Below, in pieces: positions 1 through 7,769 of a stretch of 13,461 nucleotides of DNA. Position 1 is the stretch's first letter. Every line of letters starts with the position of its first letter. The stretch is taken from contig CAZYCQ010000033.1 in the NCBI GenBank assembly GCA_964645535.1, positions 25,002 to 38,462 on the forward strand, given 5' to 3'. Both the position numbers and the translations under genes were made by a program. Below the pieces are notes generated by a model. That model ran no database searches and was not told where the DNA came from. It saw only the letters and a list, made by a program, of their open reading frames with translations. This stretch comes from an uncultured archaeon (GTDB lineage Archaea > Asgardarchaeota > Heimdallarchaeia > Heimdallarchaeales > Kariarchaeaceae).

Positions 1-1275
1 TATCCCTTGACCTCAATGGTATGGCAAGAAGTCTGGGGTGCCATCGAAAGTGAATATCCCTATCGTCCTCTGGTTGTCTGGAATCATATGGGTAATCCAA
101 ACTATTCCATTCCTGGTTCCAAGAAAGTACAAGAAGTCATCGAAATGCCTGCAAAGGATGGCAATGGCTATCAGCTCCCACTCTTCATTTCCGTGGATGT
201 GGTCATGGGTGAGGCTTCTGCGTATGCAGATTATATCCTCCCAGACGTTACCTTCTATGAAAGGTTTGGAACTCCACATGTTGCTTCATCCATCTTGACA
301 AAGGCCTCTGGTGTCAGGCAACCAATTTTCGGTGAATTTGACCCTGAAACTGGGGAATATAATTACCGTCCACTTCCTGGTTACGAGAACTGCAAGATGG
401 CTGAAGATATCTATATCGAGCTTGCACGTAGGATGAAGGAGGTTCATAATGTTCCACTTGATGGTGTGGGTGAGGACGCGTTTGGTCCTGGAGAGCATTT
501 GAATAATGCATGGGATTGGTACAAACGTGCATTCCAAAACTTGGTTGAAGACTACGAACTCAATACCGGACCAATCCCTGGAGACACCATAAATGAAAAG
601 ATCAAATATATGCTTGATCGTGGTGGTCTCTTTGAGGACTATTCCGCCTATGAAACCTCTGGAAACTTCCAGCCTCATACCCTGAAGAAAATCTGCAATA
701 TCTGGATTGAGAAGGTCGCAACCAAGACCCATCCCTTCACTGGAGAGAAATTCTGGGGTACGGCCATCTATGAACCCATCAAAGATCTTGCAGGCAACAA
801 TGTCATTGAGGAAGACAAAACCGACTATCCATTCCGCATGATCACCTACAAACTTCCAATTCACACTCAGTCGAGGACTGCCAACAATCCGGTTCTTGTT
901 GAACTATTGCCAAAGAATGCCTTGGAGATCAACACCAAGGATGCAGAGGCATTGGGTCTGAAGACGGGTGACTGGGTCAATGTCTCATCCAAGACCCACC
1001 CTGAAGGAATGGATGTGCAGGTCTATGTTACCAACCTAGTGAGACCTGGTGTAGTCATGTTTGCCCACTCTTTTGGTCACAGCCATTATGGTGCAGCCGG
1101 TTGGAAGGAAGGAGACAAGGAAATCAAAGGAGATCCAAAGAAAGGCACCGGTTTCAACCTCAATGGTATCATGAGACTAGACACCACTTATGAGGATGGT
1201 CAAATCTGTTTGACTGATCCCATCGGTGGAAGTGCTGTCTTCTATGACACCATGGTAAAAATCACCAAAAAATAG
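1..1275 (+). CDS. ttrA: Molybdopterin oxidoreductase catalytic subunit, tetrathionate reductase subunit A-like (5'-truncated by the window edge)
   Basis: Frame is open from base 1, so the TTG at 7 is not the true start. DMSO-reductase-family motifs: MGNPNYSIPG, LPLFISVDVVMGEASAYADYILPD..FYE. C-terminal molydopterin-binding domain: YPFRMITYK..HTQSRT, EINTKDAEALGLKTGDWV, VRPGVV. HSFGH..YGA and LTDPIGGSAVFYDT.VKI resemble the TtrA subfamily. Substrate is not provable from this fragment. Confidence 0.8.
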   Translation, partial: YPLTSMVWQEVWGAIESEYPYRPLVVWNHMGNPNYSIPGSKKVQEVIEMPAKDGNGYQLPLFISVDVVMGEASAYADYILPDVTFYERFGTPHVASSILTKASGVRQPIFGEFDPETGEYNYRPLPGYENCKMAEDIYIELARRMKEVHNVPLDGVGEDAFGPGEHLNNAWDWYKRAFQNLVEDYELNTGPIPGDTINEKIKYMLDRGGLFEDYSAYETSGNFQPHTLKKICNIWIEKVATKTHPFTGEKFWGTAIYEPIKDLAGNNVIEEDKTDYPFRMITYKLPIHTQSRTANNPVLVELLPKNALEINTKDAEALGLKTGDWVNVSSKTHPEGMDVQVYVTNLVRPGVVMFAHSFGHSHYGAAGWKEGDKEIKGDPKKGTGFNLNGIMRLDTTYEDGQICLTDPIGGSAVFYDTMVKITKK

Positions 1276-1459
1276 ACTGAAATCGAATTGAAAACTATAC
1301 ATTCCTCGATATCTGAAAACCAATAAAATTGCTTTAGTTGACCGTATCTTCAGATTTGGGTCAAATGTTCTGAACGAATGGGAAGTTTTTTCATAAAAAC
1401 TAACATTTGTATACTTGCCTAATGCCATTCTTTTTATTTCTCAATACATACCGTATCCT

Positions 1460-1744
1460 ATGACAGTCGGACCTACTGAGCTTTTTCTGATCCTTGGAGC
1501 CGCGCTTCTTTTATTCGGTCCTAATCGTCTCCCAGAACTGGCGAGATCACTTGGTCAGGCAACAAGGCAATACAAAATGGGATTGAGGGAAGTCAAGAAG
1601 GATCTCATGGCCGAAGCATCTGAGCTTACAAAGCCAATGACTGAAGAGGATGAACTCATCCTCACTGCCAAATCCCTCAACATTCCCACAGAAGGCAGAA
1701 GTATTGAAGAAATTGCTGAAGATATTTTAGCACAACAGTCATAG
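1460..1744 (+). CDS. tatA: Twin-arginine translocase TatA/E subunit
   Basis: MTVGPTELFLILGAALLLFGPNRLPELARSLGQA gives TM + FG hinge + amphipathic helix. Tail AKSLNIPTEGRSIEEI resembles archaeal TatA tails. Start moved from TTG 1415 to ATG 1460. Lies 13 nt upstream of tatC. Confidence 0.95.
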   Translation: MTVGPTELFLILGAALLLFGPNRLPELARSLGQATRQYKMGLREVKKDLMAEASELTKPMTEEDELILTAKSLNIPTEGRSIEEIAEDILAQQS

Positions 1745-1757
1745 TAAGGGATTCCTG

Positions 1758-2651
1758 ATGATGTCTGGATATGATCCAACAGTCACTCAACGGATTTATT
1801 CCAGAGCAGTGTATGAAAGGGGTTATGCGGGTTCTTCCATGGACTACTTAGTTGAATTGGTTATCAGGCTTCGACGAGTTTATGCAAGCATCTTTCTTAG
1901 TGCTATTTTCATCTTCTTCATTCCTGAACGTTTTTTGGATGGTGAATACACATTACAGGACTATTCTCCCGGCATTTACCGTATCATGATGACTATCTTG
2001 CAGACATCTGTGGAAATGATGCTGAAGACCAATGTTCAGATCATTGTTTCTTCTCCTTTGACCACCATCTCAATTGGTGCACAAGTAGCCTTGATACTTG
2101 CGTTCGTTCTCAATATCCCTTTCCTGCTTTGGAATATTTATCAATTCGCAGCTCCTGGACTATATGTCCATGAAAGAAGAATCTTGAGGGAGGCTATGGT
2201 CGTTTTGGCAGGTTTGTTTTTCCTTGGCTCTGCCATTGCCTATTTCATTGTCACTCCGACCACGCTCAATGTGCTCACTGTCATAAGTTCCCCTCTGATC
2301 AATTATGGAAATGGCGAAGTGCCTTTGGCTCTGTTTTTTACTCTGGAATCCATATATTCCATCATCATTTGGACTGTTTTTTCGGCTGGACTACTTTACA
2401 TGATCCCCGGAGTAATCTACATTCTTGTTGTAATGGAAATTATTGACCCCGATTATCTTGTAAAAAACCGAAAAAGCGTTATCCTTGCAGTATTGACATT
2501 TGCCGCGGTGATTACACCGGATCCAACTATGGTCAGCATGCTTGTCCTTTCTGGACCTCTTTTGGTTGTGTACGAAGCGACAATTCAGATGGGGTATCGA
2601 AACAGATTCAGCAGAAAATTACATACCAGTAACGTTTGGAGGCAATTATAA
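1758..2651 (+). CDS. tatC: Twin-arginine translocase TatC subunit
   Basis: About six TM segments. Motifs LVEL..RL, IYQFAAPGLYVHERR and FAAVITPDPTMVSMLVLSGPLLVVYE. Adjacent to tatA. Confidence 0.95.
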   Translation: MMSGYDPTVTQRIYSRAVYERGYAGSSMDYLVELVIRLRRVYASIFLSAIFIFFIPERFLDGEYTLQDYSPGIYRIMMTILQTSVEMMLKTNVQIIVSSPLTTISIGAQVALILAFVLNIPFLLWNIYQFAAPGLYVHERRILREAMVVLAGLFFLGSAIAYFIVTPTTLNVLTVISSPLINYGNGEVPLALFFTLESIYSIIIWTVFSAGLLYMIPGVIYILVVMEIIDPDYLVKNRKSVILAVLTFAAVITPDPTMVSMLVLSGPLLVVYEATIQMGYRNRFSRKLHTSNVWRQL

Positions 2652-3983
2652 ATGGCAGTCGACCCAATTCAACTTTCCAGATCTTTTCAATCTTCTTGGA
2701 CTCTTTTGATGATAGCTGTGTTGTTGCCAGCTTATCTTTACCGAGAGAATATTCGATCCAGAAAAGAAGCTTTGAAGTACATTAGTGTTATCCTTGCTTA
2801 TTTTCTCTTAGGCTATCTCATGCAGATATACTATGATCAGCTTCTGCTTACTGCTGCCCAGTTCGAAATAATCCTTTTCATGGGTGGTATAATGCTTGCA
2901 GCCTTTATCTTCCCGAAGTATCTTGACCTTTTCGAGCTCAATTTCGAACAGGGGTTCCGACTCAATGCAAATGGTGCTTATATGGTATTGCTCAATACCC
3001 TAAAGGCACTGAGGGCAAAAATTCTGCTTGAAAAACCCTCTCGTGAAATCATCTCCTTATTCAAAGGCTCTTATGGCATGGATTTTCTTCTAGAGATCGC
3101 AATAATCTCTGATTCATCCACCACGGCACGATTAAAGACGCATGTTTCTGGAAACACACTGACACGTTTTCGTGCCTTATTTGTACTGGCATCCTACTCC
3201 CCAATATTCGCCTTCGCAAACCAAACCTTCGAACTTGAGGTTCCATTGATTGGGTTCCGATATAACTCTGAAATTGGTTTCTTTGTTGTCTGGTTCCTCT
3301 ATATCATGTTTGATTTCCTCATGGTCAATGTTAACCGGAATTTCATTTATCTGATTGAAGAAACACAAAAGGAACAGATGCTTCTCCTTGCTAAAAAAGC
3401 AACAGAAAGGAAGCAACCGGTTTCCTTGAAAAAACCTGATGTCACAGTCAATATAGACCGAGCCAAATCCAAAGCAGAAGAAATCAAGAAACGGTCGGAA
3501 CAGATCAAGCAACGGCAATTGAAAGAGGAAATCGAAAAGAAACGCCAAAAATTGAGAAGTCGGGTCAAAGGGGTAATGGGTGAAGATGAGGAACAGGTTG
3601 AAATTGATCCTGAGATTCTGAAACAGAAAATACTTATTGAAAAAACAAAAACCGTTCTAAAGTCCACTCCAATCTTTCGAGAAGTCACCATTCAAGACAT
3701 CGCAAAAAAGGTGGGTGAGGATGATATCGAAAAGGTCGAACGGGTGGTCATTGGGCTTATCAACAATAAGGAAGTCAATGGGTTCTACGATATCTGGGAT
3801 CAACGTTACCTTCCCGGAGATACCAATGCAAGGTATATCGAAAAAACACTGAATCAAATGGACCTTTCTCCTTCCGATTTGGAATTCATCCGACTGACCA
3901 GAGGGGGAGACGTTGAAATTCGTTTCAGGCACAATGGAGAAATCAGGACTTCATCTGAAACCAAGGAGGTAAAGAACAAATGA
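2652..3983 (+). CDS. Hypothetical polytopic membrane protein with coiled coil and C-terminal PCI-like winged-helix domain
   Basis: 443-aa ORF that abuts tatC and overlaps the next gene (ATGA). About 5 hydrophobic segments in residues 15-228 and a K/E/R/Q-rich coiled coil at about 235-310. FREVTIQDIAKKVGEDDIEKVERVVIGLINNKEVNGFYD fits the PCI winged-helix pattern. The CDS is secure; the domain call is inference. Confidence 0.75.
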   Translation: MAVDPIQLSRSFQSSWTLLMIAVLLPAYLYRENIRSRKEALKYISVILAYFLLGYLMQIYYDQLLLTAAQFEIILFMGGIMLAAFIFPKYLDLFELNFEQGFRLNANGAYMVLLNTLKALRAKILLEKPSREIISLFKGSYGMDFLLEIAIISDSSTTARLKTHVSGNTLTRFRALFVLASYSPIFAFANQTFELEVPLIGFRYNSEIGFFVVWFLYIMFDFLMVNVNRNFIYLIEETQKEQMLLLAKKATERKQPVSLKKPDVTVNIDRAKSKAEEIKKRSEQIKQRQLKEEIEKKRQKLRSRVKGVMGEDEEQVEIDPEILKQKILIEKTKTVLKSTPIFREVTIQDIAKKVGEDDIEKVERVVIGLINNKEVNGFYDIWDQRYLPGDTNARYIEKTLNQMDLSPSDLEFIRLTRGGDVEIRFRHNGEIRTSSETKEVKNK

Positions 3984-4588
3984 GTTACGGGAATTCAATT
4001 GAGATTATCCCTGAAGCACAATTCCTCAATTTTCTTGGACAGTTTCTGATCGCAGATAAACCAGACAGGCAAATGGTTGAAGGGATCGCTACGATTTCAA
4101 GGCATGTTGATATTCCGGAATTTTTAGAGCTCTCTGAAATCGCAGAAAAAATCCTGAAAGATGAGAAAATGTGGAAACGATTTGAAAATATCCACAATCA
4201 TCATTTCCTGATACCGGCTGGCTGTGCAATTCCCCTTTTCTCATCCCAGCTCTATTTTTCAAGGATCAAACCTGACTTCTACAATAACTATCTCCATTCA
4301 CTTGGTTTGAATTTCAAGCAGGAAGGACGAAAATTTCCGGATCATATCGGAAATGAACTGATTTTGTTGTCAATCATCCTGTCCATGGCGGTGACTGACA
4401 ACTCCAAATCTGTTGCAAAGTTGGGTCGTGAAATGCTTCGAAAATTTTTCATTCCCCATTTGGATCCCATTTCAATGAGAATTTCTAATTGCGACTGCGA
4501 TGATCCCGTAAACCTTTACAAACCTCTCTTCAAATGTATCAAGATTCTCTACGAAGAAGCAAAGGATATCCTTGCCAAAATCAATTAA
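3980..4588 (+). CDS. TorD/DmsD-family redox enzyme maturation chaperone
   Basis: 202 aa, helical. FPDHIGNEL matches the E(P)xDHxxxEL motif in degenerate form, IPLFSSQLY corresponds to the PxxSxY motif, and FFIPHL is near the C-terminus. Context is a molybdoenzyme plus Tat. Confidence 0.8.
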   Translation: MSYGNSIEIIPEAQFLNFLGQFLIADKPDRQMVEGIATISRHVDIPEFLELSEIAEKILKDEKMWKRFENIHNHHFLIPAGCAIPLFSSQLYFSRIKPDFYNNYLHSLGLNFKQEGRKFPDHIGNELILLSIILSMAVTDNSKSVAKLGREMLRKFFIPHLDPISMRISNCDCDDPVNLYKPLFKCIKILYEEAKDILAKIN

Positions 4589-4610
4589 ATTAGCTCAGCT
4601 TTTTCAAATC

Positions 4611-4625
4611 AAACCTATTTATACT
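4611..4625 (+). promoter_or_regulatory. Archaeal TATA-like element
   Basis: TTTATA at 4618-4623, 23-28 nt upstream of the GTG at 4646. Confidence 0.45.
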
Positions 4626-4645
4626 TCGGAAGTGAAAAAACTAGT

Positions 4646-5338
4646 GTGAACAGAATAACTCTCATTTTTGATGAAATTTTTGGGTTGGAAGATCATCGGC
4701 ACTATCATGTCAGAACATATGCCATTTTTGTAACATTCTTTTTCATTCTTTCTTCACTCCTTGCAATGCTTCTTTTTCCTGGATATTCAATTTCAGAAGA
4801 TTTCTTGAGTACCTTGGGAACTCATAAGGCCCGTTATCCTTTTATCTTCAACATATCTACTGTTCTTACCGCAATCCTTCTTATTCCGACCTACATTTCC
4901 ATTAACCGGATTCTACAAAGGAATGTTCCCAAAAATCATGATTTCTTCTTAAAAATGTCAATTGCTTTGGGTTTATTCAGTTCCTTTTCCTTAGCAGGTG
5001 TTGGCCTGTTTCCAGCAGAAGGAGAGACATTTCAAGCTCACACTTTGTCTGCTCTTTCCTTCTTTTTGGCGATAGGTCTATATTACTTAGTGGTCAGCTA
5101 TCTCATTATCCGAATTCTAATTGAATGTCATGATTTTAGATCCTTCCTGACCCCCTTTGATTATTTCGGATTTACCTTCGTGATTCTTGTTCTGGTTCTG
5201 ATGGACATTTCAGCATGGTATAGCCGCCTTCTACAAAAGTTTATCGTGTATAGTGCATTAATATTCTTGGTTTACATGACTTCAAAAGTTCATCGTGTTG
5301 ATCATTTAAACCAAATGATTCATGGTCTACATGAATAG
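4646..5338 (+). CDS. DUF998-like integral membrane protein
   Basis: About 6 TM segments with the pattern PGYS...FLSTLG...IFN...GVGLFP...H...A..FF, typical of DUF998/Frag1-like proteins. Confidence 0.7.
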   Translation: MNRITLIFDEIFGLEDHRHYHVRTYAIFVTFFFILSSLLAMLLFPGYSISEDFLSTLGTHKARYPFIFNISTVLTAILLIPTYISINRILQRNVPKNHDFFLKMSIALGLFSSFSLAGVGLFPAEGETFQAHTLSALSFFLAIGLYYLVVSYLIIRILIECHDFRSFLTPFDYFGFTFVILVLVLMDISAWYSRLLQKFIVYSALIFLVYMTSKVHRVDHLNQMIHGLHE

Positions 5339-5524
5339 AGCTGGCCATTTGAGAATATTGTTACTGCTTCTCAATTTGAAGAATTTAAGGTGGACTGATA
5401 GATCAAAAAAGCAAGAATTCCCGATTGGATGGATCCTTGACTCCTTTTCCTTTGGGTGTGTTGAAGCTGGATCACATTAAGACCAACATAATTCTTTTAG
5501 AACGGCATTCCTATAAATGAAAAG

Positions 5525-6169
5525 ATGAGTTTTGATCAATATCCTTTGGATGATTTCCATCTCTATATTTCAAAGCGGACACAGGAGAGACTACAAATTC
5601 GCCAAAAATTGCTCCCAGTATTCGTGAAAGTAGACAGGGATATCAATTTTCATGGTCATTATTCCAAAGATAGTTATCTTGCATTAACTACAACTTTCCT
5701 TCAACGTGCTTTATCGGAAATAACCATAGAAGATCTTCCTATTGTCTACGGCATTGTTGATTTTCTTCTACTTACTCCCAATGTTCTATCTTTAAACCTT
5801 GATGACTTTGCACAAGGCATGGTCAGAGTAATGGCCTCATTTTTGCCTCCGTTTCCAATACTCCATGAGTTGGCTGTCCTATCATGGTATGACCAAATTG
5901 TCTCAGTTGAAATCTTTCTTGAAATCCTTGACCAATATGAATTGAAAGAAAAAGAAGCCTATCATATTTTGGGTGAATTGAGTCATCGATATCCTGAGGA
6001 GACAATAGAATTTGCTCTTTCCCGGAATGTCCTTGGTTCCCATTACCTGCCTCGATTAAAAACAAAAATGCAAACCATCAGGAACAAAGGAAGCAAGAAG
6101 GATTTTGAACTTGTTGGAAATTCTGAAGAAATTGAAGCCCTTTGGACAAAATTCAGCAAGAAGATATAA
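5525..6169 (+). CDS. Hypothetical protein (soluble, probably all-helical)
   Basis: 214-aa ORF with ATG start, 2 nt from the next gene's ATG. No motif recognised. Confidence 0.7.
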   Translation: MSFDQYPLDDFHLYISKRTQERLQIRQKLLPVFVKVDRDINFHGHYSKDSYLALTTTFLQRALSEITIEDLPIVYGIVDFLLLTPNVLSLNLDDFAQGMVRVMASFLPPFPILHELAVLSWYDQIVSVEIFLEILDQYELKEKEAYHILGELSHRYPEETIEFALSRNVLGSHYLPRLKTKMQTIRNKGSKKDFELVGNSEEIEALWTKFSKKI

Positions 6170-6171
6170 TA

Positions 6172-6906
6172 ATGGTCGAGAAAACATTTAATGTGTCATT
6201 TTCCATCTATGAGTGGTATCAAACGGAAGAAACTTCTTCAGTCAATATTGTTGTCCGATTGATCCTCTCTGTATTCATTCTGAATTCTGCCCTGTTTTTT
6301 GCATTAGGACTTGCAAATACCAATAATTCCCAAATTCTTTTGTCTGCATACTTGATATTTTGGCTAATTGGTGTGAGCAAATTAAGAGAAAAAACCAATG
6401 AATTCATAATTATGAGCCCTTTCTGGCTGTATTTTCTTCTTTCAACACTGATTCTCACTTTCTTCAACGAAAGTTTTCTTTTTTTCATCTTTTTTCTAGA
6501 TGCCGGTGTTAAAGATTCTGGCGAACTTGCCTCTGAAACTGAATATCTGAAACAGTTGGTTCTTTTCTCCCCTATTTTCCTTGGCATCGCCATCTGTATC
6601 CTAATCCTTCACACCTTCTTGAAGTTGAAATCTTCTGATATGTTTATTTTCGGATCACTTGGAAGCCTCTTCGGAATTCTGTTGAGTGGCAGTATTCTTC
6701 TCAATACCATTTGGTTATATGCAGGGATTTATGCAGGTATCTACGGAATTGTGTTTTCATTCACCAAGCCTTTTTCTCTTGAACGGGGAAATCCCCGATT
6801 GATTTATGGACTAGGGATTCCATTGCTGCTTTTGATTGTATTTGGCGGTTCGGTTCTTGGTCAATTCCTCATTCAATCATTTTTCGATGACTCAATGAAT
6901 CCTTGA
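6172..6906 (+). CDS. Hypothetical polytopic membrane protein (about 7 TM)
   Basis: Very hydrophobic ORF. ATG 6172, just after the upstream stop, is preferred to TTG 6142. The 3' end overlaps the convergent hydrolase by 34 nt. Confidence 0.7.
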   Translation: MVEKTFNVSFSIYEWYQTEETSSVNIVVRLILSVFILNSALFFALGLANTNNSQILLSAYLIFWLIGVSKLREKTNEFIIMSPFWLYFLLSTLILTFFNESFLFFIFFLDAGVKDSGELASETEYLKQLVLFSPIFLGIAICILILHTFLKLKSSDMFIFGSLGSLFGILLSGSILLNTIWLYAGIYAGIYGIVFSFTKPFSLERGNPRLIYGLGIPLLLLIVFGGSVLGQFLIQSFFDDSMNP

Positions 6907-7685
6907 ACTGCTTCAAGATATGGCACAGGATTGATAATATATGGGAAATGACCTCCCCAACTGATATTCGTTTTTTTGGAATTAATATAGTACTCCTTGA
7001 TGTGATTTCTTGTTTCTTGGTCAATGACTGGGTCATCATTGGAACAAACAACTTGGATGGGAATGTCTTCTTTTATTTTGGGTGGAGGAACCAGCTCTAG
7101 ATTCCATCGTGCACGTATCAGGAATTCCTTCTTGGTTGATTTGCGCACCTTTGTTTGAAAGAACTCCATTGCCTTTTCCCCTTCTGGGTAATTTTGAAAA
7201 CCTTGCAGCATACTTTTTTGTGTGATCTTGGTGATCATGCCCCAAGGAAGAAACCTTGCAATTGTTGTAGTCAATCCATGTTTTTTCCGAATCTTGGAGT
7301 TGTCAACATATGAATTTCCAATTGTAAGGGTGAGGACATCCTCGGGATACTTCTCAGCATAATATTGGACTATTCTTCCCCCTACGGATGTTCCTAACAA
7401 GTGAAAAGGTTCGCCTACTGTTTCGGTAAGAATTTCATGCCATGCATCAATGACTGATTGAAATTTTGGAAGATGAATGTGTGAAAATGCCATGGTTCTA
7501 AATGACTTGGAGAGAGGAATCTGTATCCTTGTGAAGATTTTCTCATCTCCTCCGGTTCCGGGTATGAAAACAATCGGTGTCCCCTTCCCCATCTCCCTCA
7601 AAAAAAAGTCTAACCCTTTGTATGAAAGCTTCCGTTCTGGAAAGTCTTCAAACAAGGTTCCCATTGGCGCGGGTTCTAAATCCAT
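6873..7685 (-). CDS. Alpha/beta-fold hydrolase, maspardin-like
   Basis: PIVFIPGTGG oxyanion loop, GTSVGG nucleophile elbow (7377-7394), NDDPVI acid and GGHFPY histidine (6939-6956). Confidence 0.9.
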   Translation of the reverse strand: MDLEPAPMGTLFEDFPERKLSYKGLDFFLREMGKGTPIVFIPGTGGDEKIFTRIQIPLSKSFRTMAFSHIHLPKFQSVIDAWHEILTETVGEPFHLLGTSVGGRIVQYYAEKYPEDVLTLTIGNSYVDNSKIRKKHGLTTTIARFLPWGMITKITQKSMLQGFQNYPEGEKAMEFFQTKVRKSTKKEFLIRARWNLELVPPPKIKEDIPIQVVCSNDDPVIDQETRNHIKEYYINSKKTNISWGGHFPYIINPVPYLEAVQGFIESSKND

Positions 7686-7699
7686 GAATTGTGGTGTGG

Positions 7700-7752
7700 T
7701 AATGGATTTTTAATTTTTTTTTCATCCCTTATCAAAAAAGGTTACATATTTT
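7700..7752. promoter_or_regulatory. Divergent archaeal promoter region (hydrolase / sulfurtransferase)
   Basis: Plus strand: AAAAAAGG followed by TTACATAT (7742-7749), about 25 nt before ATG 7770. Minus strand: A-run followed by TTAAAAA, about 25 nt before ATG 7685. Confidence 0.45.
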
Positions 7753-7769
7753 CCCTAAAGAACAAAGGT

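Noticed and set aside
13-864. Alternative ORFs 13..279(-), 38..298(+), 286..864(-), 314..532(-)
   Set aside because: They are shadows of the well-supported TtrA-like frame and carry no motifs.
1415-1459. ORF-track upstream starts for tatA (1415), the membrane protein (6142) and the sulfurtransferase (7689)
   Set aside because: The extensions run through promoter-like DNA or the previous gene. ATGs at 1460, 6172 and 7770 fit better.
3061-4197. Minus-strand ORFs inside the 443-aa and TorD genes
   Set aside because: Antisense shadows. Their Phe/Leu/Ser richness mirrors the Lys/Glu codons on the plus strand.
5336-5398. Possible TAG read-through (pyrrolysine) after the DUF998-like gene, and likewise after ttrA
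   Set aside because: The extensions are under 20 codons, the domains are already complete, and no pyl genes are in view.
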